Assembly (NCBI GenBank): GCA_002269645.1
Contig: NIVC01001485.1
Coordinates: 186,001-250,000 of the forward strand
Direction: 5' to 3'
DNA from: Macrostomum lignano
Lineage: Eukaryota
Length of the DNA stretch: 64,000 nt
Shown here: piece by piece, positions 49,344 to 60,600 of the stretch
Layout of the letters: every line of letters starts with the position of its first letter
Position numbering within the stretch: position 1 is the first letter of the stretch
Made by a program: the position numbers and the translations under genes
The notes under the pieces: model-generated
Told to the model about the DNA's origin: nothing
The model's database searches: none
Seen by the model: only the letters and a program-made list of their open reading frames with translations

Positions 49344-52300
49344 ATGGCAACAACAATATCAGAAGCGGCTGCATCTTCATCAGTCGATTCCCAGCAACAG
49401 TCAAATAAACCCGACAAGCCGATTCGAAAGTTCGCCGATTTCCGCTTAAGCGCTCGGACATTAAAAGGCCTGTCTGGCGCCAATTTTGTCAAGCCAACCG
49501 ACATTCAACGGTTAGCGATTCCGCCCGCGCTGTCCGGCTCCGACATTGTCGCCTCGGCCAAGACAGGCAGCGGCAAGACGCTGGCCTTTGTTGTGCCCGC
49601 CTTGGAGCTGCTTCATCGGGAGCGCTGGAGCCGCGATCTCGGACTGGGCGCTCTGATTGTGTCTCCAACCAGAGAGCTGGCCTATCAGATATTCAGAGAG
49701 CTGCGTCGTGTCGGCGCGAAGCACCAGTTCTCGCTGGGCCTGGTCACCGGCGGCTATCACGATGTTAAAGAGCAGGGCTCTCGGGTTGGCAAGATGAATA
49801 TCCTGGTTGCTACGCCTGGCCGGCTGGTCCAGCATCTGTCTGAGAGGCCCGACTTGAGCACCGATAATCTGCGATTGCTAGTGCTGGATGAGGCTGATAG
49901 GTGAGGCAGTTTGTGCGCTGATAATTCATTTTTGTTTGCCTACTAAAGAGGCTTGTGCCATTCACTGCTGTGAGTGCCAAACAACCCCCCCCCCAAGGCA
50001 CAGAAAAGTGTACATGCCTGACGATTAGAAAGTCAGGGACGCTGCACACCCTGTGCCCTGTGTGATCGTGTCATAGCTCATAGAATCCGTCATAGGGTCA
50101 ATAGAAACCACCATAGAGTCATAGAAACCGTCATAGCTCATAGAATCCGTCATAGGGTCAATAGAAACCACCATAGAGTCATGGAAACCGTCATCGCTCA
50201 TAGAATCCGTCATAGGGTCAATAGAAACCACCATAGAGTCATAGAATCCGTCAGAGGGTCAATAGAAACCACCATAGAGTCATAGAATCCGTCATAGGGT
50301 CAATAGAAACCACCATAGAGTCATAGAATCCGTCATAGGGTCAATAGAAACCACCATAGAGTCATAGAATCCGTCATAGGGTCAATAGAAACCACCATAG
50401 AGTCATAGAAACCATCATAGAGTCATAGAATCCGTCATAGGGTCAATAGAAACCACCAAAGAGTCATAGAATCCGTCATAGGGTCAATAGAAACCACCAT
50501 AGAGTCATAGAAACCACCATAGCTCATAGAATCCGTCAGAGGGTCAATAGAAACCACCATAGAGTCATAGAAACCGTCATATAGTCATAGTAACCGTCAT
50601 AGGGTCAATAGAAACCACCATAGAGTCATAGAAACCACCATAGAGTCATAGAATCCGTCATAGGGTCAATAGAAACCACCATAGAGTCATAGAAACCGTC
50701 ATAGAGTCATAGAATCCGTCATAGGGTCAATAGAAACCACCATAGAGTCATAAAAACCATCATAGAGTCATAGAAACCGTCATAAAGTCATAGAAACCGT
50801 CATAGAGTCATAGAAACCGTCATAGAGTCATAGAAACCGTCATCTACTCATAGAAACCGTCATAGAGTCATAGAATCCGTCATAGAGTCATAGAAACCGT
50901 CATAGAGTCATAGAAACCGTCACCGACTCTTAGAACCCGTCATAGGGTTCATAGGGTTCTAGAATTCGTCAACGAGTCATAGCGTCATATAATCCGAATC
51001 CGTCAAGACTCATAATTGGTCATAAAGTCATAAAAACTGTCATAAAGTTCTAGAATCCGTTATAGTGTCCTAAAATCTATGAGCGCTTTGAGCGCTTTGA
51101 ACACAAATCTCTGAACGCGGGCTTTTATGTACTCAAGAGTGAGCAGGATAGGCGGAATTGCCTATTGAGAGTTAAGCGTCTTGCTCAAGGACACAAATTG
51201 TACCAGCGGGTTCGGGAATCGAACCCCCAACCTCCAAGTCGCGAGTCCGACGCTCTAACCACAAGGCTACAACCCCACTCACTACTGCATGCACCAATCC
51301 AGAATCCTACATCTGGGCTTTAAGGCCGAGCTAGACGCTCTATTGGACTACCTGCCTGCCGAACGCCAGACTCTACTGTTCTCGGCTACTCAGACGCGCA
51401 GCGTTCAAGATCTTGTCCGATTGAAAATGCGCCAGCCAGTCTGTCAAGTTGACGCCAGTAAGCTGGCTGCCACAGCAACGCCTGACGGACTCCGACAGGG
51501 TTTCGTTCGCTGCCAGTCTGTGTGCGACAAACCGCGCTACCTTTGGCAGTTCATCACTGGCAATAGGCAGAGAAAGAGTATTGCGTTCTTTGCCACCTGC
51601 AAACAGGTGAGATTTGCCTTGCATCTCAACTGGATTCAATAATCTCCTTGCTACATTTTTCACAACCTTTAGATCTACCACGATAAAAAAACGCACATCT
51701 AAAACCATTGCTAGACCCACAACCCCCATACATCTACCACCCCCCTGGATCTCCAACCTATAGATTTATAATAATCTATAGATCTTAAACATCTGCATCT
51801 AGATGTCGCAGCCTCTAGATCTCTAAAACCTCTAGATCTCTAAAACCTCTAGATCTCTAAAACCTCTAGATCTCTAAAACCTCTAGATCTCTCAAATGGA
51901 ATGATCTCTAAAACCTCTAGATCTCTCAAATGGAATGATCTCTAAAACCTCTAGATCTCTAAAACCTCTAGATCTCTGAAACCTCTAGATCTCTCAAATC
52001 TCTAGATCTCTAGAACCTCTTAGATCTCTCAAACCTCTAGATCTCTCAAACCTCTAAATCTCTCAAATCTCTAGATCTCTCAAACCTCTAAATCTCTAAA
52101 ACCTCTAGATCTCTAAAACCTCTAGATCTCTAAAACCTCTAGATCTCTAAAACCTCTAGATCTCTAAAACCTCTAGATCTCTCAAATGGAATGATCTCTA
52201 AAACCTCTAGATCTCTCAAATGGAATGATCTCTAAAACCTCTAGATCTCTAAAACCTCTAGATCTCTGAAACCTCTAGATCTCTCAAATCTCTAGATCTC

Positions 52301-55300
52301 TAGAACCTCTTAGATCTCTCAAACCTCTAGATCTCTCAAACCTCTAAATCTCTCAAATCTCTAGATCTCTCAAACCTCTAAATCTCTCAAACCTCTAGAT
52401 CTCTCAAGCCTCTAGATCTCTCAAGCCTCTAGATCTCTCAGACTTCTAGATCTCTCAAGCCTCTAGATCTCTCAAGCCTCTAGATCTCTCAAATGGAATA
52501 ATCTCTAAAACCTCTAGATCTCTCAAGCCTCTAGATCTCTCAAATGAAATGATCTCCAAATCCTCTAGATCTCTCAAATCTCTAGATTTCTCAAGCCTCT
52601 AGATCTCTTAAACCTCTAGATCTCTCAAGCCTCTAGATCTCTCAAGCCTCTAGATCTCTCAAATGGAATGATCTCTAAAACCTCTAGATCTCTCAAATCT
52701 CTAAATCTCTAGAACCTCTAGATCTCTCAAACCTATAGATCTCTCAAACCTCTAGATCTCTCAAGCCTCTAGATCTCTCAAGCCTCTAGATCCCTCAAAT
52801 GGAATGATCTCCAAATCCTCTAGATCTCTCAAATCTCTAGATCTCTCAAGCCTCTAGATCTCGCAAACCTCTAGATCTCTCAAGCCTCTAGATCTCTCAA
52901 GCCTCTAGATCTCTCAAGCCTCTAGATCTCTAAAACCTCTAGATCTCTCAAGCCTCTAGATCTCTCAAATGGAATGATATCTAAAACCTCTAGATCTCTC
53001 AAATCTCTAGATCTCTAGAAACTCTTAGATCTCTCAAACCTCTAGATCTCTCAAACCTCTAGATCTCTGAAACCTCTACATCTCTCAAACCTTGAGATCT
53101 TCGTGCCTCTAGATCTCTTTTCTACAGATCTCCAACTTCTACATGTAGATCTCCCAACTCTATGTATCCCAACCCCAAGCACTTATAGATCTCACAAAGC
53201 TATAGATCTCCAACCTTCACAACGAAATCTCCCCGATCTCTTATACCCGCCATCCCAGGTTCGATTCTACAACGAGCTGTTCCTAAAACTTCGACCCGGC
53301 GTCAGAATTCTCCAACTCCACGGCGGCATGACGCAACGCCGTCGAACGGCCGTCTACGACGAATTCGTCCGGGTGAAGCACGCCGTCCTGCTCTGCACAG
53401 ATTTGGCCTCGCGCGGACTCGACTTTCCCGACGTTGATTGCGTCCTACAGGTGGACTGTCCGCCCGATCTGCGCACCTACGTGCATCGGGTCGGCCGGAC
53501 AGCCAGGCTGAGTCGAACTGGCCGAGCCGTTGTCCTGCTGCTAGACTGGGAGGCCGACACTTTGCCCAGCCTCCTGGCCGGCCTGAGGCCTCCTGTACAC
53601 CTGGAGCCGGTTAAATTGCGCCTGCCAGTCAAATGGGACATTGTTGCTAAGCTGGCCGGATTAGTGGCCGCCGATTGCGAGCTGCGCGGCGTGGCCGAAC
53701 GAGCGATTCGAACCTATTTGAAAACTTACGCTTGCTTTGCCGAACTCAAGCAGGTATGAGCTCTGCGTGATTGCTCTCCATCTATTGAGTTGTTTTTCCT
53801 GTCTCCATTTTATTGCTTTTCCATCCTACTCTATTCCCCACCCCTCCCCATCTCCCATCTCCCCTCTTCCCATCTCCCCTCTCCCCATCTCCCCATATCC
53901 CCATCTCCCCTCTCCCCATCTCCCCCTCACCCCATCTCCCCCTCTCCCCATCTCCCCTCTCCCCATCTCCCCTCTATCCATCTCCCCTCAATCCATCTCC
54001 CCTCTCCCTATCTCTCCCTATCTGCCCTCAATCCATCTCCCCTCTCCCCATCTCCCCTCAATCCATCTCCCCTCTCCCCATCTTCCCTCTCCCCATTTCT
54101 CTTTGAACCATGCCACCTCTTGCCATCTCGCATCGCCACATCTCCCATCTCACCCTCTCCCCATTTCCCCTTCACCCCGTCTCCCCTCACTCCATATTCT
54201 CCCCTCTCCCTGTCTCCCATCTCTTTATCACAAATCTCTCCCTTTCTAGTCTCTGATCTATCTCCCCTCTTCCCATCTCCTATCTCCCCTTCACCCCTCT
54301 CCTAATCTCCCCTCTCCCCTTCCAATCTCTCATCTCCCCTCTCCCCTTCCAATCTCTCATCTCCCCTCTCCCCTTCCAATCTCTCATCTCCCCTCTCCCC
54401 TTCCAATCTCTCATCTCCCCTCTCCCCATCTCCCCATCTCCCGATTTCCCTTTTCCCATATCCCCTTTTCCCAACTCTCTCTCTTGTCCCCCACCCCCTT
54501 TCGCCCTCTCTCATGTTCCCCAAAATCTGAACTCGAATTTCTCTTTAATATCTTTACTCCACAGTCCGCTATAGGATGGTTACTAACCCGCTTAGCAACT
54601 TTTTGGCTCAGGTATTCCAAGCCAACCGGTTAGACCTATTAGACCTGGCTCGCTCTCACGGCCTGGTCCGGGTGCCCCGCCTGCCCCGCTCCGTGCTGTC
54701 TCGCGTTCGGTTGCCCGACTATCAAGACGATCTTGTCGGCGACATTGCAGCCGCTTCCTCCGACGGCGACGGCGACGACAACGATGAAGGCGAGAAGATA
54801 AGCGTCGATGCCGACAATGGCAATGATTTCTTAGTTGCTAAGCAGGCCGACAACGCCGAAGAAGCAGACAAAGCAGCTGTCAAACAGAATCAGATGCAGA
54901 AGCAAAAGAAGCAGACTAAACAGAACCAGCAGCCAATTGATGATCATCAACTGTTGAACGAATCCGACTCCGACGACAAGAGTACGTCGAAGCAGAAAAA
55001 GAAGAAGACTCTGACTAAAGCCAGGCTAGCCAAGCGCATTCTGAGCAAGGGTATCCGGCCGTTCACTCGAGTACTATTCGACGATGAAGGCGACGCCGTC
55101 GCCGATCCGCGTCGATTGCAAGTAGCCGTCGGGGCCGAGAAACAAGTCGACGGCGAGGGCGAGGGCGAAGGCGAGGCAGGTCTGGCCATAGACAAAGCCA
55201 AGCGTCAACTAGAAGCGGAAGACATTGTGGACAAGCAGTTGTACAGGCAGATGGTTAAACAGCGACACCGAGAGGCTAAGGCTAAGGCTAAGGCTAGGCA

Positions 55301-55457
55301 GGCTAAGGCTAAAGCATCCAGTTCCTCTGGTCCGTTCGCTAAGAAGCGACGAATAGTCTACGATGAAGAGGATAGTGACGCTGATGAAGATGAAGAATCT
55401 GAGGCCTCGGATGATGATGCTGATGAGAATGATGCTGAGAATGAAAGTGACGATTAG
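49344..55457 (+). CDS. DDX10: DEAD-box RNA helicase DDX10/Dbp4-like, about 733 aa, 4 exons
   Basis: Exons 49344-49900, 51303-51606, 53259-53753, 54612-55457. Motifs AKTGSGKT, PTRELA, MNILVATPGRL, DEAD, SAT, RGLDFP, HRVGRTAR; K/D/E-rich tail. Confidence 0.88.
49975..50070 (+). mobile_element. Solo arm of a dispersed repeat homologous to the 63.4-63.75 kb inverted repeats
   Basis: CCCCCAAGGCAC...GTGTACATGCCTGACGATTAGAAAGTCAGGGACGCTGCACACCCTG matches 63676-63750. Confidence 0.65.
50070..51000. repeat. TCATAGAATCCGTCATAG / CATAGAAACC family array in DDX10 intron 1
   Basis: Same family as the 47650-49230 array upstream of exon 1. Confidence 0.93.
51075..51278 (-). mobile_element. tRNA-derived CORE-like SINE, antisense, close to the DDX10 exon 2 acceptor
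   Basis: Minus strand TAGCCTTGTGG (A box), GGTTCGATTCC (B box), AATTTGTGTCCTTGAGCAAGACGCTTAAC. Confidence 0.75.
51780..53110. repeat. 17-bp TCTAGATCTCTCAAACC array in DDX10 intron 2
   Basis: Tandem repetition with block duplications. Confidence 0.93.
53830..54530. repeat. Pyrimidine-rich CCCCATCTCCCCTCT array in DDX10 intron 3
   Basis: Direct inspection. Confidence 0.9.
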
Positions 55458-55714
55458 TTTAACAAATCACTTCCAGCACGTTTGTTTACTATTAAATTGA
55501 TTATGTGCATTTTCTGCAGGTCATTTTTGCCTCTTTGGCCTTTTAAAAGTATAATGCATATAATGCAGTATAATGCAGTAATGAAGAATAGAATGAGGGC
55601 TAAAGTTTAAATGCTTGCTCTCTATTTGGTACATACTTTTTGTAGCATTTTCTTTTGTCTTTCATTTAATGCATAGACCTGTGTATGTAGGGTTTAACAG
55701 ATTTGTATAGCATT

Positions 55715-56270
55715 CGATTGATCTTGTAGAGTTGGATAGATCTGTGTAGGTGTAGCATTAGATAGATCTGTGTAGGTATAGCATTGGATAGATCTGTGTA
55801 GCATTAGATAGATCTGTAGCATTGAATAGATCTTTGTAGATGTAGCATTGGATAGATCTGTGTAGCATTGTATAGATCTGTGTAGCATTGTATAGATCTG
55901 TGTAGCATTAGATAGATCTGTGTAGCATTGGATAGATCTGTGTAGCATTAGATAGATCTGTAGCATTGGATAGATCTGTGTAGCATTGGATAGATCTGTG
56001 TAGCATTGGATAGATCTGTGTAGATGTAGCATTGGATAGATCTGTGTAGCATTAGATAGATCTGTGTAGCATTAGATATATCTGTGTAGCATTGGATAGA
56101 TCTGTGTAGCATTGGATAGATCTTTGTAGCATTGGATAGATCTGTGTAGCATTAGATAGATCTGTGTAGCATTAGATAGATCTGTGTAGCATTAGATAGA
56201 TCTGTGTAGCATTGGATAGATCTGTGTAGGTGTAGCATTGGATATATCTGTGTAGTATTGGATAGATCTG
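55715..56270. repeat. 20-bp ATTGGATAGATCTGTGTAGC array
   Basis: Tandem repetition between DDX10 and the small ORF. Confidence 0.93.
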
Positions 56271-56355
56271 GGCAGGATAAAGTCTAAATCATCATATTTC
56301 TCTACTTCATGCAATAGTTCTAGAAGCAGAAGCAGGAACAACAAACTCAGCGACA

Positions 56356-56649
56356 ATGTCAGACCCTGAGCAGCTGCTGGACTCCATAGAAGCGGCCTGC
56401 CGGTCTCGTCGTGTCGGTTTAGCGACCTCTTTAAATTCGTTTCGTCAGCAGCTGGAGCAACGCCAGGCGGCTCAGCTCAACGCCGCCTGTGGCTGCTTCC
56501 CTGACAACAATGCCAGCAATAGCGGAGACGGCAATGTCGAGAAATTCGATGACGGCACCGAAAATGCTGAAGCTGTTCGTCAACAGATTGACGAGTTGCA
56601 ACGGCTGAAATCCGCTTTGGAAGCTCAGATGGCTGTTGTTAAGCTTTGA
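56356..56649 (+). CDS. Unknown 97-aa protein, single exon, probable C-terminal coiled coil
   Basis: ATG-started, non-repetitive ORF with the same GC-rich composition as neighbouring exons. Family not recognised. Confidence 0.55.
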   Translation: MSDPEQLLDSIEAACRSRRVGLATSLNSFRQQLEQRQAAQLNAACGCFPDNNASNSGDGNVEKFDDGTENAEAVRQQIDELQRLKSALEAQMAVVKL

Positions 56650-56809
56650 CTAGTCAGAGAAAGTGGTCTGGGAATGTATGCAGTTTTTTGGCCTACAAGT
56701 GCACCTTTTCTCTGTGTGGGGTCAAGTTTCCCTAATCCTTTCCCAGAAACCCTTGGATTTAGTTGAATCCCATCCTAAGACTTCAGAATTGCCTAATCCC
56801 TCCTATGAT

Positions 56810-57120
56810 ATCCCTAATCGCCTCCCAAGACACTGATATCCCTAATCCCCTCCCAAGACACTCAGATATCCCTAATCCCCTCCCAAGACACTCAGATATC
56901 CCTAATCCCATCCCAAGACACTCAGATATCCCAAGCCCCTCCCAAGAGACACTCTGATATCCCTAATCCCCTCCCAAGACACTCAGATATCCCTAATCCC
57001 CCCTCCCAAGACACTCGGATATCCCTAATCCCTCCCAAGACACTCGGATACCCCTAATCCCCTCCCAAGACACTCGGATATCCCTAATCCCCTCCCAAGA
57101 CACCCAAATATCCCTAATCC
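56810..57120. repeat. About 30-bp ATATCCCTAATCCCCTCCCAAGACACTCAG array
   Basis: Tandem repetition. Confidence 0.9.
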
Positions 57121-57279
57121 CTTTTGTTGTTGTCCTGCATTTTATCATGAATATAAGCGGCGTGACAGTCTGCAGTTTCATTACAAATAAACAGTTTTTT
57201 GTATATAGCAAATACAAATAAATGAAAATGTGAATTTACTTCAAGTATTCATTTCTAATCAACTTTTTTGTTTTTCCCT

Positions 57280-57555
57280 CTAGGTGAGTCACACTTTCCA
57301 GCTATGTGAGTCACTGTTACTCTCTAAGTCTAAGTCACATTTTCCCTCCAAGTGAGTCATTTTTTCCTATAGATGAGTCACCTTTTCCCGCTAGGTGAGT
57401 CATTTTTTCCTATAGATGAGTCACCTTTTCCCGCTAGGTGAGTCATTTTTTCCTATAGATGAGTCACCTTTTCCCGCTAGGTGAGTCATTTTTTCCTATA
57501 GATGAGTCACCTTTTCCCGCTAGGTGAGTCATTTTTCCGATAGGTGAGTCACCTC
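57280..57555. repeat. About 43-bp array containing 12 TGAGTCA motifs and repeated TAG/GTGAGT splice-like junctions
   Basis: Unit GGTGAGTCATTTTTTCCTATAGATGAGTCACCTTTTCCCGCTA. Confidence 0.9.
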
Positions 57556-57611
57556 ATTCTAATGGTTTTGCCGCTTAATTCCTGCCAACGGAACCAGACA
57601 GACATCAAATT

Positions 57612-60600
57612 ATGAAAGGCGGATCAAGAGGAATTAAAAGGCAGAAAGCGAAGACAGTCAAGGACGGGTCGTCCTCGGCAGCGGCGGCGCCAGTCACAAC
57701 TGATGTCGTTATCGACACAGATGCCCTGTTTAGCGCCAAAGAGAAATTCGACGCTTCGAATGCTCTGGCTTTGCCCGGCATGCGTCGGCGAAAACGTCGA
57801 CCTACCGACGATCAAAGCGACGACGACGACGACAATGGCGAAGATGACGAGGAGTCGAAAAAGCGACGCAAACGGTTGAAATTGAAACGCCTGAAGCGGG
57901 AGCTGCAGTCGGACTTGTTGACAAAAAAGAAGCGCAAGGAATTGGAGAGAGTTGTGAGGAAGAAGGAGAGCGCCAAGACTCGATCGCAGCTGTGGGAAGA
58001 GCTGCGGCAGTATCAGTTCCCTAGGGAGGAGGGCGAAGCCAACGCTACGGCGCACCTGTTGCCCTCGGCTGCAATCCACGGCGTAGCCAGGTGAGAAGGT
58101 ACTCAAAGTCTAGAATCCCACATGGAAATAATCTTGAGTTTGATCCCCTAGAATCCCACATGGGAAGAATCTTGAGTTTGATCCCCTAGAATCCCACATG
58201 GGAATAATCTTGAGCTTGATCCCCTAGAATCCCACATGGGAATAATCTTGAGTTTGATCCTCTAGAATCCCACATGGGAATAATCTTGAGTTTGATCCCC
58301 TAGAATCCCACATGGGAAGAATCTTGAGTTTGATCCCCTAGAATCCCACATGGGAATAATCTTGAGTTTGATCCTCTAGAATCCCACATGGGAATAATCT
58401 TGAGTTTGATCCCCTAGAATCCCACATGGGAATAATCTTGAGCTTGATCCCCTAGAATCCCACATGGGAATAATCTTGAGTTTGATCCTCTAGAATCCCA
58501 CATGGGAATAATCTTGAGTTTGATCCCCTAGAATCCCACATGGGAAGAATCTTGAGTTTGATCCCCTAGAATCCCACATGGGAATAATCTTGAGTTTGAT
58601 CCTCTAGAATCCCACATGGGAATAATCTTGAGTTTGATCCCCTAGAATCCCACATGGGAAGAATCTTGAGCTTGGTTCTCTAGAATCCCACATGGGAAGA
58701 ATCTTGAGCTTGATCCCCTAGGATCCCACATGGGAAGAATCTTGAGTTTGATTCCCTAGAATCCCACATCGGAAGAATTTTGAGTTTGATCCTCTAGAAT
58801 CCCACATGGGAATAATCTTAGTTTGATCGTCTAGAATCCCACATGGGAATAATCTTAGTTTGATCGTCTAGAATCCCACATGGGAATAATCTTGAGTTTG
58901 ATCCTCTAGAATCCCACATGGGAATAATCTTGAGTTTGATTCCCTAGAATCCCACATCGGAAGAATTTTGAGTTTGATTCCCTAGAATCCCACATGGGAA
59001 AAGTCCCACATAAGAAGAATCTTGAGTTTGATCCCCTAGAATACATGGGAAGAATCTTGACTTGATCCCCCCTATAATCTCCCATGGGAAGAATCTTGGG
59101 CTTGGTCCTCTAGAATCCCACATGGGAAGAATCTTGAGCTTGATCCCCTAGAATCCCCAATGGGAAGAATCTTGGCTTTGATCCCCTAGAATCCCACATA
59201 GAAACAATCTAGAGTTTGTCCTCTAGAATCCCACATGGGAAGAATCTATTACTTGAGTTTGATCCCATAGAATCTCACATGGGAAAAATCTAGAACTTGA
59301 GTTTGATCCCATAGAATCTCACGTGGGAAGAATCTAGAACTTGAGCTTGGTCCCATAGAATCTCACATGGGAAAAATCTAGAACTTGAGTTTGATCCCAT
59401 AGAATCTCACATGGGAAAAATCTAGAACTTGAGTTTGATCCCATAGAATCTCACATGGGAAAAATCTAGAACTTGAGTTTGATCCCATAGAATCTCACGT
59501 GGGAAGAATCTAGAACTTGAGCTTGGTCCCCTAGAATCCCACATGGGAAGAATCTTGAGATTGATTTAAAATCCACATTGATCCTTCTTACATTCGCTAA
59601 TCCATATATTTTTAAACAGCAAACGAGCCAAGCAATCAGATAAGAAGAAATCCCCAGGAGACAACTCTGAACCAGACGCCAACACTGACGCTTCAATAAA
59701 GCCTCTATTAAAAGGTTGGCAACAGCAAAAGCAGCAACTAGTTAAAGACAGTGACAGTAGCACCGACACGTCTGACATTACCGTGAGCAGTAGCGAGTCA
59801 GAATCTGAGCTTGAGCACGATGACGCTCCAGCCTCAGCATCTATTACTGTTGATGCGCAAACTAATGATGAATCCAAAGCAACAGCGGAAGCAGAAGCAG
59901 AAACAGCAATTAAAGAACACCGACCGGCAACATTTGTTCAGGTGCGCAGATCGAAGGCTGTACAGCAGCGTAGACTGGAGCTGCCCATATTGTCCGAGGA
60001 GCACAGCATCATGGAGGCGGTGTCTGGCAATGATGTTGTACTAATTTGCGGTCAGACAGGTAGCGGCAAGACTACTCAAGTGCCGCAGTTTCTCTACGAG
60101 GCTGGTTACGCCTTAGACGGTAGACGGGTTGTTGTAACCGAGCCTCGGCGTGTTGCCGCCATAGCAATGTCCGAGCGAGTTGGACAGGAGCTCGGTCTTG
60201 GCCGAAATCGGGTGGCCTATCAGATTCGCTATCAGGGCAATGTGACCGAGAATACTGTTATTAAATTTGTGACGGATGGAGTGCTGCTTAAGGAGGTTAG
60301 TTGTGTGTTAAAGTGTGTTGTTTTAAATCTTAGTTTACATTGGCCTTATAAACAGTGGACTCAAAACTTGAAGGGTGGGGGGTTCGTTTCCCGATCTCAC
60401 TGAAACAATTTGTGTCTTTAATTGCAAGATTTTAAGACACTTAACTCTGAATTGCTTCAGTTCACCCAGCTGAAAAATGGGTGCCGCATTAGCTGGGGTA
60501 ATTGAAGCTGTGTGTGGCGACCCCCAGCAGTCATTGGACTGAACAGCCGTACGCAGCTTTCAGATGCGCCGCGCAATAGCTGTGGTTGCGCTGTCGGTTG

